NCBI GenBank assembly: GCA_041484665.1
Contig: JBGPIA010000001.1
Span: forward strand, 384,001 to 448,000
DNA: 64,000 nt
DNA from: Candidatus Krumholzibacteriia bacterium
GTDB lineage: Bacteria; Krumholzibacteriota; Krumholzibacteriia; JAJRXK01
Direction: 5' to 3'
Part shown: piece by piece, positions 19,867 through 30,929 of the stretch
Position numbering within the stretch: position 1 is the first letter of the stretch
How the letters are laid out: each line of letters starts with the position of its first letter
Notes under the pieces: model-generated
Databases searched by the model: none
What the model was told of the DNA's origin: nothing
The model's input: only the letters and a program-made list of their open reading frames with translations
Position numbers and translations under genes: made by a program

Positions 19867-21219
19867 TCAGCCCGCTCCGAGGTCGATTCGCAGCGCCTTG
19901 GCCTTCTTGTAGAGGTGGCTTCGCTCCAAGCCCAGGCGGCGCGCCGCCTCGGTGATATTGCCCCCCGCGCCGCGCACAGCGGCCAGGATGGCGCGGCGCT
20001 CGGCAGCTTCCACCGCGTCGCGCAGCAGGTTGCTGGCAGCGGCGGCACCGTCGGCTCCGATCGGCGGCAGCTCACTGTCCACGAGCGCGGCATCGATCGT
20101 TTCCTGAGTGCTGAGGATCGCCAGGCGCTCCACGATATTGCGCAGCTCGCGCACGTTGCCCGGCCATCCATAGCGGCCCAGGCGCTGCAACGCCTGCGAG
20201 CTGAAGTGCCGTCTCCCGAGCTTCTGCCGCACGACCTCCTCGCGCAGGAAACGCTCGGCCAGGAGCGCTACGTCCTGCGCACGCTCGCGCAGCGGGGGTA
20301 CGTGCAGCGGGAACACGTTCAGGCGGTGCAGCAGGTCGTCGCGGAAGCTCCCCGCGCGCACCGCCGCTGCAAGATCGCGATGGGTGGCCGCGATCGCGCG
20401 CACGTCCACGCGCGTGCAGCGCGAGGTCCCCACCCGGGTGATCTCGCTGGTCTCCAGCACGCGCAGCAGCTTCGCCTGCATCGACAGCGGCATGTCGCCG
20501 ATCTCGTCCAGGAAGAGCGTGCCACCGGTGGCCGCCTCGAACACGCCCGTGCGCGGCGCTGTGGCTCCGGTGAAGGCTCCGCGCACGTGTCCGAACAACT
20601 CGCTCTCGATGAGCTCGCCGGGCACCGCGGCGCAGTTCACCGCCAGCAGCGGTCCGTCGGCACGCCGGCTGCGGGCATGGATGGCACGGGCGACCAGCTC
20701 CTTGCCCGTACCGCTCTCACCGGTGATGAGCACGCGCGCCTCGGTGGGCCCCACCTGATCGATGCGCGCGCGCAGCGCCACCATCGGCGCCGAGTCGCCC
20801 AGGAGTTCCTGCGCAGCGGCACCGGCGCGCAGCCGCTGGTTCTCGACCGCCAGCCGCCGCAACCGCACTGCGTTTTCGAGGGTCAGCAGCGTCTTGTCGC
20901 GTGTGAGCGGCTTCTCGAGGAAATCGAACGCGCCCGCGCGCACGGCCTGCACCGCCGTCTCGATGGTGCCGTGGCCGCTCATCATCACGACGGCGACGTC
21001 GGGTGACAGCTGCCGCAGCTCCCGCAGCGTGGCCAGCCCGTCCATGGCGCCGAGCCGGACGTCCAGCAGGACTGCGTCGAGTCCCCCTTCCGCCGCGCGG
21101 GCCACGGCCGCCTCGCCGCTCTCGACGCACTCCACAGCGTAGCCGGCCAGCGCGAGCATCTGCTCGAGCATCGCGCGCAGGTTGCGCTCGTCGTCGACCA
21201 CCAGCACGCGCTGGCTCAT
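19867..21219 (-). CDS. Sigma54-dependent response regulator (NtrC/NtrX family)
   Basis: Receiver 'VVDDE...LLDV'; Walker A 'GESGTGKE'; 'GAFTGA'; 'LFLDEIG'; 'WPGNVREL'; Fis HTH. Confidence 0.95.
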   Translation of the reverse strand: MSQRVLVVDDERNLRAMLEQMLALAGYAVECVESGEAAVARAAEGGLDAVLLDVRLGAMDGLATLRELRQLSPDVAVVMMSGHGTIETAVQAVRAGAFDFLEKPLTRDKTLLTLENAVRLRRLAVENQRLRAGAAAQELLGDSAPMVALRARIDQVGPTEARVLITGESGTGKELVARAIHARSRRADGPLLAVNCAAVPGELIESELFGHVRGAFTGATAPRTGVFEAATGGTLFLDEIGDMPLSMQAKLLRVLETSEITRVGTSRCTRVDVRAIAATHRDLAAAVRAGSFRDDLLHRLNVFPLHVPPLRERAQDVALLAERFLREEVVRQKLGRRHFSSQALQRLGRYGWPGNVRELRNIVERLAILSTQETIDAALVDSELPPIGADGAAAASNLLRDAVEAAERRAILAAVRGAGGNITEAARRLGLERSHLYKKAKALRIDLGAG

Positions 21220-21241
21220 CGCCGCAGCCTCCCCGGTGTTC

Positions 21242-22981
21242 TCATGGGGTCTCCGGGAGCAGCAGCTCCTCCGGTTGGGGCGGGCGCCGCGCCATGGTCA
21301 GGCGCATCTCCAGACCCCCGCCGGGTCGTGGCCGGGGCTCCAAACGCCCGCCATGGGCCTCCGCGATCTGCATCACGATCGCCAGCCCCAGCCCCGTCCC
21401 GCGGTCCTTCGTCGTAAGGTACGGCTCGCCCAGACGGGCCGCGATCTCTTCCGGCAGGCCGGGCCCACGGTCGCGCACGGCGATCCACCAGTGATCCTCC
21501 CCCGGACCGGCGCCGTGCAGCAGCTCGACCGGCCCTGCGGCGCCGGCCTCGGCTGCGTTGGTGAGCAGATTGTGCAACGCCCGGCGCAGCTGCTCAGCGT
21601 CGGCGCGCAGCGCCCCGGGGTTCTCGCTTTCCTGCAGCACGAAGCTGGTCCGCGGATGGGCCGCTCGCGCGCCCGCCAGGGCCGAAAGGCAGAGGGCGCG
21701 CGCGTCGGCGTCGGCCAGCGCCAGGCGCGGCGCGCGGGCAAACTCGCGGAACTCGGTCACCAGCCGATCGAGACTGCGCAACTGATCGCGCGCGGTGGCC
21801 AGGCTCGACTTGAACGCGAGCCGCGCCGCTGGATCGTCCAATCCGCGCGCCACCGCCGTCTCGACGTTGTCCAGGGCCAGGGTGACGGGGGTCAGCGCGT
21901 TCTTCAGCTCGTGGGCGATGCGGCGGGCGATCTCGCGCCAGGCGGCACGGCGCTCCGCGCTGCGGGCGCGCTGCTGCTCGGCCGCCAGAGTGGCGAGCAG
22001 CTCGCCCACAGCCGCGCTCAGCTCGCGGACCTCCTGGGGTCCCCGCCGCGGCAGATCCAGCGCCGCACGCGGTGCGGCCCCCACGCCCAGCGCGCGCACG
22101 CCGTGGGTGAGGCGTGCCAGCGGAGCCGCCAGCGAGCGGGCCACCAGCGGAGCCGCCAGCAGCGTCACCGCCAGGAGAACTCCCGCGGCCACCGCGAGTC
22201 GCTGGCGCGTAGCAGCGAGCACCCCAGAGCCGGGGGGTGGGCCGGGATCGGCCCACAGGCGCGGCGCCTCGGCGAGGCCGGACACCCGCCACGAGGCGGG
22301 AAGGCCCACCGTCATCGTTGGCGTGCCCGGCGCGGGCTCGTTCGGCGTGGCGGCGAGCCGGGGTGGATCCTCCCAGCGCAGCGATCGCACGCTGGCGAGC
22401 TGTGCCAAGGTCGCGAGCGCGCCGTCGTCGAGGGCCATGCCTGCGATCACGAGGAAGCTCGTCTGCAGCAGCTGCAGCCGCCTCGCCGTTCCCACCATCC
22501 AAGCGCTCGCGCCTGCGGGGCCGGCCTGGATCCGAGCGCGCCAGAGAACGCTCGACTGCGCGTCGGCGGCTTGGAGCTGCAGGGCCTGCGGGTAGGGCCG
22601 CCCATAGCTCGCGGGCTCCCGCGCGCTGGTGACAACGCGCCCGGCCCCGTCCAGCACGAGCAGCTCGTCGACGCCGAAGCGGCCGCGGTTCTCGCTCGCC
22701 CAGTCGACGACCGCGCGACGGAGTCCCAAGCCGTCCGTCGCCAGCGGTGCCAGCACTGCCGGGAGCTCGGTCCCGTGCGCGAGCTCGGTGCTGGCCGCCG
22801 CCGCCCGCTCGCCCAGCAGCACCAGCCGCTCCTGGAGCTGCGCGCGGCGGGACTCCTGCCAGGCCCGCTCCTGCGCTCCCGCCTGCGCGCGCAGCTGCAA
22901 CTCGACGGCGGCAGCAGCCGCCAGGATTAGTCCGGCAACGCCCGCGCCGAAGATCAGCGTCCACTGTACCGCGAGTCTCAA
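21242..22981 (-). CDS. Membrane HAMP sensor histidine kinase (NtrY-like)
   Basis: Two TMs, HAMP, '[19 protein letters not shown]', 'NLLTNAAEA', 'DRGPG', 'PYLTTK..GTGLGL'; TTG start. Confidence 0.88.
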   Translation of the reverse strand: MRLAVQWTLIFGAGVAGLILAAAAAVELQLRAQAGAQERAWQESRRAQLQERLVLLGERAAAASTELAHGTELPAVLAPLATDGLGLRRAVVDWASENRGRFGVDELLVLDGAGRVVTSAREPASYGRPYPQALQLQAADAQSSVLWRARIQAGPAGASAWMVGTARRLQLLQTSFLVIAGMALDDGALATLAQLASVRSLRWEDPPRLAATPNEPAPGTPTMTVGLPASWRVSGLAEAPRLWADPGPPPGSGVLAATRQRLAVAAGVLLAVTLLAAPLVARSLAAPLARLTHGVRALGVGAAPRAALDLPRRGPQEVRELSAAVGELLATLAAEQQRARSAERRAAWREIARRIAHELKNALTPVTLALDNVETAVARGLDDPAARLAFKSSLATARDQLRSLDRLVTEFREFARAPRLALADADARALCLSALAGARAAHPRTSFVLQESENPGALRADAEQLRRALHNLLTNAAEAGAAGPVELLHGAGPGEDHWWIAVRDRGPGLPEEIAARLGEPYLTTKDRGTGLGLAIVMQIAEAHGGRLEPRPRPGGGLEMRLTMARRPPQPEELLLPETP

Positions 22982-23347
22982 GCCCCGCCCCTCCGTCCGC
23001 GCTGGTCCCTGGCGCCCCGCGGCCCTCTCCTGGCGTTGCGGCGGCCGGGCACACTATGCCCCTGGCCGTGCAGTACGGACAACCGTCAAGCCGCGTGGGT
23101 GCGGATGAGCGCGGCAGCGTACGCTGTAACGTGACTGCAGTCGCGCGCCACCGCGCGTGACCCCGACAGGGTGCCACCGCGTCTGACGAACGTCAGCGGC
23201 CCCCGCGTGCGCGGGAGCGGCCACCGCGGACGGCCGCGCCGGCTCAACCGAAGCTCCAGGAGCTGCCATGCGGGCGATCCGCGGTTTCGGAACCGTCGCG
23301 CTGCTCCAGGGCGACCCGGCGATCGGCTTGCTCAGGGAGGATTCCCG

Positions 23348-23821
23348 ATGAGCGAAACGCACAAAGCCAGGCGCCCGCTGGCGCTGGTCACGGGAGCCTC
23401 CAGCAGGATCGGGCTGGAGCTGGCGCGGGTGCTGGCAGCTCGCGGCCACGACCTGGTGCTGATCGCCCGCAACGAGACCGCGCTGCAGGCGGAGCTCGAC
23501 ATGGTCCAGGTCAACGTCGCAGCCCTCACCGCCCTCACCAAGCTCCTTTTGCCCGGCATGCTCCAGCGCCGTGCCGGGCGCATTCTCAATGTCGCGTCGA
23601 CGGCCGCGTTCCAGCCCGGACCGTTGATGGCGGTCGACTCCGCGACGAAGGCGTACGTGCTGCACTTCAGCGAGGCCCTCGCCGAGGAGCTGCGCGGCAG
23701 CGGCGTGACCGTGACCGCCCTGTGTCCGGGGCCCACGCGCTCGGGATTCCAGGCCGCGGCCTGCATCGAGGAGTCCGGCCTCGTGCGCGGGCGAGGTCTG
23801 CCCACGGCGGCGCACGTCGCG
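23348..23821 (+). pseudogene. Degenerate short-chain dehydrogenase/reductase
   Basis: [16 protein letters not shown] instead of TGASSGIG; VDSATK instead of YxxxK; NNAG-containing segment absent; homology stops at the convergent gene's stop. Confidence 0.75.
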
Positions 23822-26323
23822 CTAGCGCGCGCGCCCACGCTCCGGCGCAAAGCTCGGCGTCTGCTCCACCTGCGCCCCGGCCCGGTACCAGCGCGGCTCG
23901 CGGCGATGCTCGTCCCACCACCGGTACCAGTACTCGTCGCGCACCCGGAGCTCCACGCCCGTCTCGGGGAGGCCAGCGCCGCCGGTGGCGCGACGCAGCA
24001 GCTCGCGGATCAGCGTGCGCACCTCCTCCCAGTCGATGGAGGTGAGCTGGCCCTGATCGCCCGGCAACGGGCGCAATGGAACGCGGCGCCACACGAAGTC
24101 GAAGCCGGCTGCCACGGCGTCGGGACGGTCCTTGCGCAGCCAGGCGACGAGCTCCGCAACGCAGCCCGGCCCGCGCGTCTGCTGCCAGCGGTCCAGGAGC
24201 AGGTCGCGGAATCCCACCGCCACGTAGGCGTCGCGCAGGAACCGGTGCAGCGGGCGCCCGCCGTTCGACGCCGCTCGGTCGAGCCCGTCGAGGAACGCCG
24301 CCAACGACGGCGCCGCGTGGGGGTCCCGGTAGAAGCGCGCCTCGAAGCGCGCTCGCTGCCACCAGCGCAGGTAGTCGAGGTTCTCCTCGTCTGCGTTGGC
24401 CCCCGATACGATGTAGCCCGACGTGCGGTCCAGCACCTCCGCTGCCACGCCGCGCAGCTCGTCGGCATGGTACCCCGCGAGCTTGCCGAGCTTGGGGTCC
24501 CAGCGCGCAGCCGGCAGCCCCGCGGACACGAAGTCGTCCTGGTACATGCGCAGCACGGCCATCGCCTCGGCGACGAGCTGCGCGTCGGTCTGCGCGGAGA
24601 GCTGCGCTAGCAGCGCGCGGCGGCGCAGTGGATCGGCGGCCAGCGGACCCAGGAGTGATCGCAGCGGGCCGCCGCGCGACGGCGCAGCGTCGGGCGCTGC
24701 GGCGCGCAGGGCGGGAGCGCGCAGTGCCGCGAGCCACAGGCGCACGTCGGGGATGCGCGAGGGGTCGAGGTAGTAACGCGCATCGAGACCGCGCTCGGCC
24801 CACCAGGCCACCCACAGCTCGATTTGACCGGCGATCTCCGAGGGCGTGGGGCGCCCGCTCGCATCGAGGGGGTCGAGGCGGCGCAGCAGCGCCGCGTCGC
24901 GGCCATTGGACGGGTCGAGAGCGACGCCACGCAAGAGCCGCAGTCCCGCGCGCCGCACGTCGGCCCACGCGGGCGGGCGCTCCCCGGGCGGTGGACCGCC
25001 GTCACGCACGACATAGAGCTCCGGCAGGGCGGCCCTGGCATGCGGCTCGGTCCAGCGCAGCGTCGCCAGCAGCGTGTCGGTCAGCGCCCGGTGTGTCGAA
25101 TCCGCGCGCGCAAGGACTTGCTGCTCGCGCGCGGAATCGAGCGCGATCCGCCACAGGAGCTCCTCCAGCTGGCGCGGAGCCCCCTCGCCGCCCCACAGCG
25201 CACGCACATGCGCTCCCAGGTCGTCGTGCCCGCGCGCATCGCGCGCGACGGCAGCCGGCGCCGGCGAAGGTGTTCCCGCCGCCTGCGCGGCCAGCGCCCC
25301 TTGTGCCGCGCGCCCAGCCGGTGCCGCCCCAGCGGCCAACGCGGCCGACAGAAGCGCCACTCCCAGCGCCCGCGTGGACGCCACTCGTGCCCGCGCGGTC
25401 CGCGTCGCGAGGTCGGCCGGGGCCGGGCCTTGCGCTCCGGTCTGGAAGTCCCGCCATGCCCGGCGCAGCGCGCGCCAGCCCGATCGCCCCATGCCGCTCT
25501 GCAGCGCCGGCCGCCACAGCCGCATCCAGAGCAGAGTAAAGGCCAGGGCGCCCGGTGATCCCGGAGGCCCGAACCGCTGCACCAGCCGCAGACGGCTGCG
25601 CAGGTTGTAGTACAGGAACGCGGGGCTCGACACCCGTGTGGTGGCAGACACCTTGTGCCGCAGGCGCGCCTCCGCCGCCACGGCGATGGTGTACCCGGCC
25701 TGCTCGGCCCGCAGGCAGAGGTCGGCGTCCTCGCAGAAATGGAAGTAACTCGTGTCCAGCGCGCCCACGCGCTCGAGCAGATCGCGCCGCAGGAGCATAG
25801 CGCAGCCCGTCACATAGAAATGGACGTGACCGCGAGTGAGCAGCTGCTCGTCCCCGACCACGCGCTGGATGTGCCGGACACGCCCGCTGGCGAGATTGAA
25901 CCGCCCGCCGCCGTACGCCCACAGCCGGCCGGGGGAATCGAAGTACTCGATGCTCGCGCCCACGACGCCGACGCCGGCGTCGCGCCGGGCCCGCTCCATC
26001 ATCGCCGTCAGCAACCCGGGCTCCACCTCGGTGTCGTTGTTGAGCAGCAGTACCCAATCGGCGCCCTGCTCCAGCGCCCAGGCGATGCCGACGTTGTTGC
26101 CTCCGGCGAACCCGAGGTTCGCGCCGGTTTGCAACAGCGGCAGGTCGGGGAACGCGCCGCGCACCGCCTCCTCGCTGCCATCGGCGCTCCCGTTGTCCAC
26201 CGCGAGGATGCGCGCATTCGGATAGCTGCAACGGGACAGGCTGCGCAGGCAGGCCAGGGTGTCCGCGCGCCCATTCCAGTTGAGCACGACGATGACCACC
26301 AGCGGCTGGGCTGTCGGCGGCAT
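23822..26323 (-). CDS. GT2 glycosyltransferase (WbbL-like) read in frame into a ~520-aa helical-repeat domain
   Basis: 'VLNWNG', 'VDNGSADGS', 'NLGFAGGNN', 'LLNNDT', 'FCEDADLC'; then a signal-peptide-like segment at ~25384 and three WW-containing repeats; no stop between the parts. Confidence 0.75.
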   Translation of the reverse strand: MPPTAQPLVVIVVLNWNGRADTLACLRSLSRCSYPNARILAVDNGSADGSEEAVRGAFPDLPLLQTGANLGFAGGNNVGIAWALEQGADWVLLLNNDTEVEPGLLTAMMERARRDAGVGVVGASIEYFDSPGRLWAYGGGRFNLASGRVRHIQRVVGDEQLLTRGHVHFYVTGCAMLLRRDLLERVGALDTSYFHFCEDADLCLRAEQAGYTIAVAAEARLRHKVSATTRVSSPAFLYYNLRSRLRLVQRFGPPGSPGALAFTLLWMRLWRPALQSGMGRSGWRALRRAWRDFQTGAQGPAPADLATRTARARVASTRALGVALLSAALAAGAAPAGRAAQGALAAQAAGTPSPAPAAVARDARGHDDLGAHVRALWGGEGAPRQLEELLWRIALDSAREQQVLARADSTHRALTDTLLATLRWTEPHARAALPELYVVRDGGPPPGERPPAWADVRRAGLRLLRGVALDPSNGRDAALLRRLDPLDASGRPTPSEIAGQIELWVAWWAERGLDARYYLDPSRIPDVRLWLAALRAPALRAAAPDAAPSRGGPLRSLLGPLAADPLRRRALLAQLSAQTDAQLVAEAMAVLRMYQDDFVSAGLPAARWDPKLGKLAGYHADELRGVAAEVLDRTSGYIVSGANADEENLDYLRWWQRARFEARFYRDPHAAPSLAAFLDGLDRAASNGGRPLHRFLRDAYVAVGFRDLLLDRWQQTRGPGCVAELVAWLRKDRPDAVAAGFDFVWRRVPLRPLPGDQGQLTSIDWEEVRTLIRELLRRATGGAGLPETGVELRVRDEYWYRWWDEHRREPRWYRAGAQVEQTPSFAPERGRAR

Positions 26324-26377
26324 GGGTCTGCGGGTCCGTCGGTGGACAGAGGGGTAGTGACGAGCTAGCGTAGGCGC

Positions 26378-27028
26378 ATGGAGCGCATCCGGCAAGGAGC
26401 GTGCGGTCTGGCGTTGGTGCTGGCGGCGTGCCACGCGGAGGATGCGGATCTGCGCTGCCGCGCCGCGTCCCCGGCCGATCCAGCCGTCTATCGCACCGAG
26501 ATCGAGTCTGCGCGTGCGGCCAAGGAGCAGAGCTTCAAGACGGCCGACGACAGTCCGATTCCTGTGGCGCGGCGCCCCAGCTGGAAGGGGCTCTCCTTCT
26601 ATCCGGTGGACCCGCGCTTGCGCTTCGAGGGAACGTTGATGCGCAAGGTGGCCTCCGACACCTTCACCATCGTGGCCACCTCGGGCGCGCGCCGCCCGAT
26701 CCGCGAGGTAGGGTACTTCTGGATCGATCTGGGCGCCGGCCGGGAGAAGCTCCCCGTCTACGAGCTGCTCGACCTGGATCCGCAGGACGCCGGGCACCTG
26801 TTCGTGCCGTTCATGGACGCCACGACCACGGCCGAGACCTACCCCGCGGGACGCTACCTGGAGGTGGAGGACAAGGGACAGGGCCGGTACGTGCTGGATT
26901 TCAACCTGGCCTACAACCCGCTCTGCGCATACGGGGGAACGTTCGCCTGCCCGGTGACGCCCGAGAAGAACCGTTTGCGGGCGGCCGTGCGGGCGGGCGA
27001 GACGGGTTACGAGCGAGCGCAGCCATAG
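26378..27028 (+). CDS. DUF1684-family protein, possible lipoprotein
   Basis: 'LALVLAAC'; 'LFVPFMDATT..ETYPAGRYL', 'LDFNLAYNPLCAY...CP'. Confidence 0.88.
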   Translation: MERIRQGACGLALVLAACHAEDADLRCRAASPADPAVYRTEIESARAAKEQSFKTADDSPIPVARRPSWKGLSFYPVDPRLRFEGTLMRKVASDTFTIVATSGARRPIREVGYFWIDLGAGREKLPVYELLDLDPQDAGHLFVPFMDATTTAETYPAGRYLEVEDKGQGRYVLDFNLAYNPLCAYGGTFACPVTPEKNRLRAAVRAGETGYERAQP

Positions 27029-27068
27029 ATCGCGCGGCGGCCGGTCAGGTCTGCGCGGCGCTGCGAGC

Positions 27069-29186
27069 TCAGGAAGCGGCGGCCAGACCTGCGCGGCGTG
27101 CGAGATCGCGCCGCGGCATGGTGATCCGCAGGCGCACGCCCTCCTCGGCCGGTGCCTCGATCTCCAGGCTCCCCTCGCCTCCAAAGCGTTCGTGCAGCCA
27201 GCGGCGAACGCGGGCCAGCCCGCCCTCGCCGTCGAACAGGCGCGGGTCGACGCCGCCTTGGAACCCCCGCCCGTTGTCCTCCACGGTGATCACACAGCGG
27301 CCGTCCAGCGCGGCGGCGCGGATGGCGATGTGGCCCTCGCGCAGCTCGCGCGCGAGCCCGTGCAACAGCGCGTTCTCGATGAGCGGCTGCAGCAGCCGCC
27401 GCGGGATCTCCTGCTGGCCCAGGGCCGCGTCGTAGCTCAAGCTCACCGAAAGACGATTGCGCAGCCGCAGCTTCTCCAGCGCGAGGTAGTCCTGCACGAA
27501 CTCCATCTCCTGGCCCAGGGTCGTCGGGCTGCGCTCGGGGGATCGGAGGTACTCGTAGGTCGAGTGGAGGCGGCGCAGCACGACCAGCGCGGCAGGCGGA
27601 TCCGACTCCCCAATCTCGTCGGCCACCGCCAGGACGTCGCCCACCAGCTCGGGATCGAAGCGCTCGCGCAGCTCGCGCGCCTGCCCCCGGGCGCGCAACA
27701 GCTCGCCCTGCAGCACGTGCATCTGGCGGTCGGCAGGGCCCCGCTCCCCCACCCCGGGGGCACTCGCCGGTGACGCCGCCGTGGCGCCATCGGCCGCCCT
27801 GGCCGCCCCCGCCACGTCACCCGCGGTGGTCGGCTCCGTGGTGTGGGTCGCCTGGGCGTGTTGTGGCTCGGTCGGGCTGCGGTCGCGCAGCGCTTCCACG
27901 GCGGCTCCCAGCAGCTCGGCCACCAGGTGCAGGTAGCGCCGTTCGGCGTCGAAGTACGGGTAGAGGTTGCGCCGCTCGCCAAGCAGCAGCCAGCCCACGC
28001 GCGCATGCCCCGGGCCCAGCGCGATGCGCAAGCGATAGCACCGGCCGTGCTCCTGCTCCATCCGGATCACGTCCTGGTCGGTCGTGGAACGGCTGACCAT
28101 GATCCGCACGCTCTTGGCGTGCACTGCGCGGGCGATGTCGCGCGCGGCGCCGTCGATGAGGCCCTGCAGCGTATGGGTCCCCGCGAGCCGCTGGGAGAAA
28201 CGGTGGACGCCCGCCTCCAGGTCGACGTTGCGATCGAACAGCAGGCGATCGGACAGATGGCCGAGCGCGCGGCCGAGCATCGGCCCCAGCGCCACGGCCA
28301 GCAGTAGCACGCCGGTACGCGAGAGGCTCGTGGCGTAGCGGCCCCACGGCTGCTCCAGGAACACGATGCGGTTGAACGCAAAGTAGGTGACCAGTACCAG
28401 TGCGGTCCAGGCGAGCAGCCGCAGCCCGTCGCGGATGTAGCGGTCCATGAAAGAGAACTCGTAGCGCACCAGGGCCAGGAACACGCAGAAGAGCACGCTG
28501 TGCAGGTGCAGCACCGGCAGCAGCACCGAGTCGGTGAGGCGGGGCCGCGTGCCGTGCCAGACTGCGATGCCGATCAGCACGACGGACAGGCTTAGCAGCA
28601 GCAGGGCGCGCGCCAGCGCCGGCACCAGGATCCGCTCCTGGCCGGGGCGCGCGGGAAACAGCGTGAACGTCATGAACAGGAGCGTTCCGCCGAACAGATA
28701 GGCCGAGGTCGGCCCGATCGCCGAACGGAGGCCGCGCAAGGTCTGCGCGACCGTTCCGGCGTCGAGCAGGTACGCCATCCCGCCCACCAGCAGCAGGAGA
28801 TACGCGGCGCAGACGTAGAGGCGGCCGTGGCGGTGGACGTGGGTGGTGATCGCCGCGCGCAGGCTGGGCGCCTGGCGGCGGTAGACGCGCTCGAAGGTGG
28901 CGAACAGGTGGAAGAACAGCACCAGCACCAGCAGGGCAAGCATCAGCTGCACGCCCTGGAGCGCGCGCAGCAGCGTCGTACGCGGCTCGGCCCGGCTGAG
29001 GTTGAACACGTACTCGGCCAGCTGCGTGAGCTGCCAGGCCGCCAACGCCAGGTTCGCACCGGCGAAGAGCTGGATCTCGAAATGCCGACTGCGGCGCCGC
29101 AGGATGCACCACGCCATCCCGGCGTGGAGGGCCGCAGCGAGGACGTACGCGATGAGGAAGCCCAGCTTGATATCGGCCCTGTCCAT
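27069..29186 (-). CDS. Multi-TM, GAF-containing LytS/YehU-like sensor kinase with a degenerate H-box
   Basis: Many TM helices; 'TLGQEMEFVQDYLALEKLR', 'LLQPLIENALLHG', 'VEDNGRG'; 'FDPELVGD' where 'INPHFLFN' is expected. Confidence 0.75.
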   Translation of the reverse strand: MDRADIKLGFLIAYVLAAALHAGMAWCILRRRSRHFEIQLFAGANLALAAWQLTQLAEYVFNLSRAEPRTTLLRALQGVQLMLALLVLVLFFHLFATFERVYRRQAPSLRAAITTHVHRHGRLYVCAAYLLLLVGGMAYLLDAGTVAQTLRGLRSAIGPTSAYLFGGTLLFMTFTLFPARPGQERILVPALARALLLLSLSVVLIGIAVWHGTRPRLTDSVLLPVLHLHSVLFCVFLALVRYEFSFMDRYIRDGLRLLAWTALVLVTYFAFNRIVFLEQPWGRYATSLSRTGVLLLAVALGPMLGRALGHLSDRLLFDRNVDLEAGVHRFSQRLAGTHTLQGLIDGAARDIARAVHAKSVRIMVSRSTTDQDVIRMEQEHGRCYRLRIALGPGHARVGWLLLGERRNLYPYFDAERRYLHLVAELLGAAVEALRDRSPTEPQHAQATHTTEPTTAGDVAGAARAADGATAASPASAPGVGERGPADRQMHVLQGELLRARGQARELRERFDPELVGDVLAVADEIGESDPPAALVVLRRLHSTYEYLRSPERSPTTLGQEMEFVQDYLALEKLRLRNRLSVSLSYDAALGQQEIPRRLLQPLIENALLHGLARELREGHIAIRAAALDGRCVITVEDNGRGFQGGVDPRLFDGEGGLARVRRWLHERFGGEGSLEIEAPAEEGVRLRITMPRRDLARRAGLAAAS

Positions 29187-29398
29187 GGCTACGAGTATAC
29201 CAGAGGGGCGCGTGGGAGTTGGCGGTGCGGCCGCGCCCCCGGCGCGCCGGGCCGCCTGGGCGAGCGCGGCTACGCCCGCACGACCACCTCATCGGCAACG
29301 CTTGGGCGCGCGGCACCATCCGGGCGGATCGCCCGCGATGAGGACGGATCGACCACCGCGACGACCCATGCGCCGCTGCGGGGTGGCGCCGCGACGGG

Positions 29399-29890
29399 CT
29401 AACCTGCGCGCGCCGCGCGCGCCGCCCGCTCCGCCCGCTCCTCCGCCTGCCGCAGGCGCTCCAGGACCGTGTCCAGTCCGTCGGCGAGCGCGCGCAGCTC
29501 GCTGTCGCCCAGGCCGTCCACCTGGTAGAGGAAGAAGTCCCGACCCGCGCCTTCGAGCTGGTTGATCACGCGGGTGCCCCGGTGGGTGACGCGTACGCGG
29601 AACGACCGGCGGTCGCTGGGCTCAGGGAAGCGCTCGATGAGCTGCTTGTGCTCCAGCCGGACGATCATACCGGTCATGTTCTGCTTGCTGACGCAGAGCT
29701 GGCGGCAGAGCTCGGTGGGGGTCAGGCCGCGCGCGCCGACCTGCACCAGCAGGCCGAGGCTGAGCCATTGTGCGGAGGTGATTCCGGATCGGCGTGCGAG
29801 CGCCCCACCACGCCGATCCAGCAGGTTGGCCACGCGCAGCGCGTCCAACAGAGCGCGCCTGGCCAGGGCCGGCCGATCGATCGGGACCAT
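29399..29890 (-). CDS. MarR-family transcriptional regulator
   Basis: 'GITSAQW', 'LTPTEL...VSKQNMTGMIVRLE', 'DRRSFRVRVT..G'. Confidence 0.9.
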   Translation of the reverse strand: MVPIDRPALARRALLDALRVANLLDRRGGALARRSGITSAQWLSLGLLVQVGARGLTPTELCRQLCVSKQNMTGMIVRLEHKQLIERFPEPSDRRSFRVRVTHRGTRVINQLEGAGRDFFLYQVDGLGDSELRALADGLDTVLERLRQAEERAERAARAARAG

Positions 29891-30115
29891 CGCGGGCTCA
29901 CCCCTTGACAGAGATGAGGCGCAGGGGTCGCCCTCTCCGGGGTCGTCGGTTCCGCAGGGACGCTACCTCCATCCTGTCCTGGCCGCAACCCTGGAAGGTG
30001 GAGCGCCCGCAGGGCACGCGGGGAACCCGCCGGGCACGAACGCGCAGCGCACGCGGCGCCAATACCGCGCGCCGCGCGCAGACCGCGCAGCGTCCGCGCC
30101 TCGCACATCCAGCGC

Positions 30116-30385
30116 TCAGTGCTCCTGCAGCGCGCGGAGCAATTTCGCGGGATCGACGCGGTACTTGAACCGCTTGCGCCCGTCGACCAGCACCACGGGG
30201 ATCTCGGTGCGGTACAGGGCCTCCAGCCTGGGGTCGCCGTCGATGGAGACCTCCTCCAGCCGGAAGTCGATCTCGCGGCGGACGCGGGCCAGCACCGCCT
30301 TGGCCTGCGCGCACAGGTGGCACCCCGACGCGCTGAACAAGGTCACCACGCGCACGGAGGATGCCAGCCCGTGCGCGGCGCTCAC
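30116..30385 (-). CDS. Glutaredoxin-like protein (DUF836)
   Basis: 'GCHLC', 'IPVVLVDG'; GTG start overlaps the queF stop. Confidence 0.8.
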   Translation of the reverse strand: MSAAHGLASSVRVVTLFSASGCHLCAQAKAVLARVRREIDFRLEEVSIDGDPRLEALYRTEIPVVLVDGRKRFKYRVDPAKLLRALQEH

Positions 30386-30741
30386 GCGCCGCGCACGTGG
30401 CGAGCTTCCACCACGGTGTGGATGCCGCCGCGCACGGAGAAGTCGCCCTCCACGGTCATCTCCAGCGGATCGACCGCGGCGACCAGATCGTCGAGGATCC
30501 GATTCACGACCGCCTCGTGGAACGCGCCCTCGTTGCGATAGCTCCACAGGTAGAGCTTGAGCGACTTCAGCTCGACGCAGCGCTGGTCGGGCACGTAGTG
30601 CAGACGGATGGTGGCGAAGTCGGGCTGCCCGGTCCGCGGGCAGATGCAGGTGAACTCCGGCGCCTCCATGCGGATCTCGTAGCGCCGCCCCGGGTGCGGG
30701 TTGGCAAAGGTCTCGAGGCTGCGGCTGGGCGAGGTGGGCAT
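30382..30741 (-). CDS. queF: NADPH-dependent 7-cyano-7-deazaguanine reductase (preQ1 synthase)
   Basis: '[15 protein letters not shown]', QueF motif '[10 protein letters not shown]', 'FHE', 'RGGI'. Confidence 0.95.
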   Translation of the reverse strand: MPTSPSRSLETFANPHPGRRYEIRMEAPEFTCICPRTGQPDFATIRLHYVPDQRCVELKSLKLYLWSYRNEGAFHEAVVNRILDDLVAAVDPLEMTVEGDFSVRGGIHTVVEARHVRGA

Positions 30742-30848
30742 GGCGTTCTGCGCAGGCCTCGCGCGCTGTGCGGCCGCGCGGGGGACCCTAGCCCGCCGGC
30801 GCGGCGGTGCGGGGCCCGTGCGGCGAAAACGATAGCCGATTGGCCCGC

Positions 30849-30883
30849 AAACGACCAGGAGGGAGCCCGTGAGCTCCCTCCTG
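30849..30883 (-). terminator. Putative intrinsic terminator of the OMP gene
   Basis: 11-bp stem CAGGAGGGAGC/GCTCCCTCCTG with a 6-nt loop, followed by GTCGTTT on the minus strand. Confidence 0.5.
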
Positions 30884-30929
30884 CAGACGTGCGGGGCCGC
30901 AGCGCCGCCACCGCGGGATCCCCGTCGAG

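Noticed and set aside
26324..27184. N-terminal extension of the 1120-aa ORF (and similarly 37065-38270 of the 1121-aa ORF)
   Set aside because: They overlap the real DUF1684 and NlpC/P60 genes; plausible starts are at 26323 and 38271
29891..30000. Glycine-riboswitch-like 'GGAGAG' upstream of marR
   Set aside because: The conserved CCGAAG and CTCTCAGG elements are absent
30742..30850. Possible preQ1 riboswitch upstream of queF
   Set aside because: No preQ1-I stem or A-rich tail seen; the nearby hairpin is better explained as the OMP terminator
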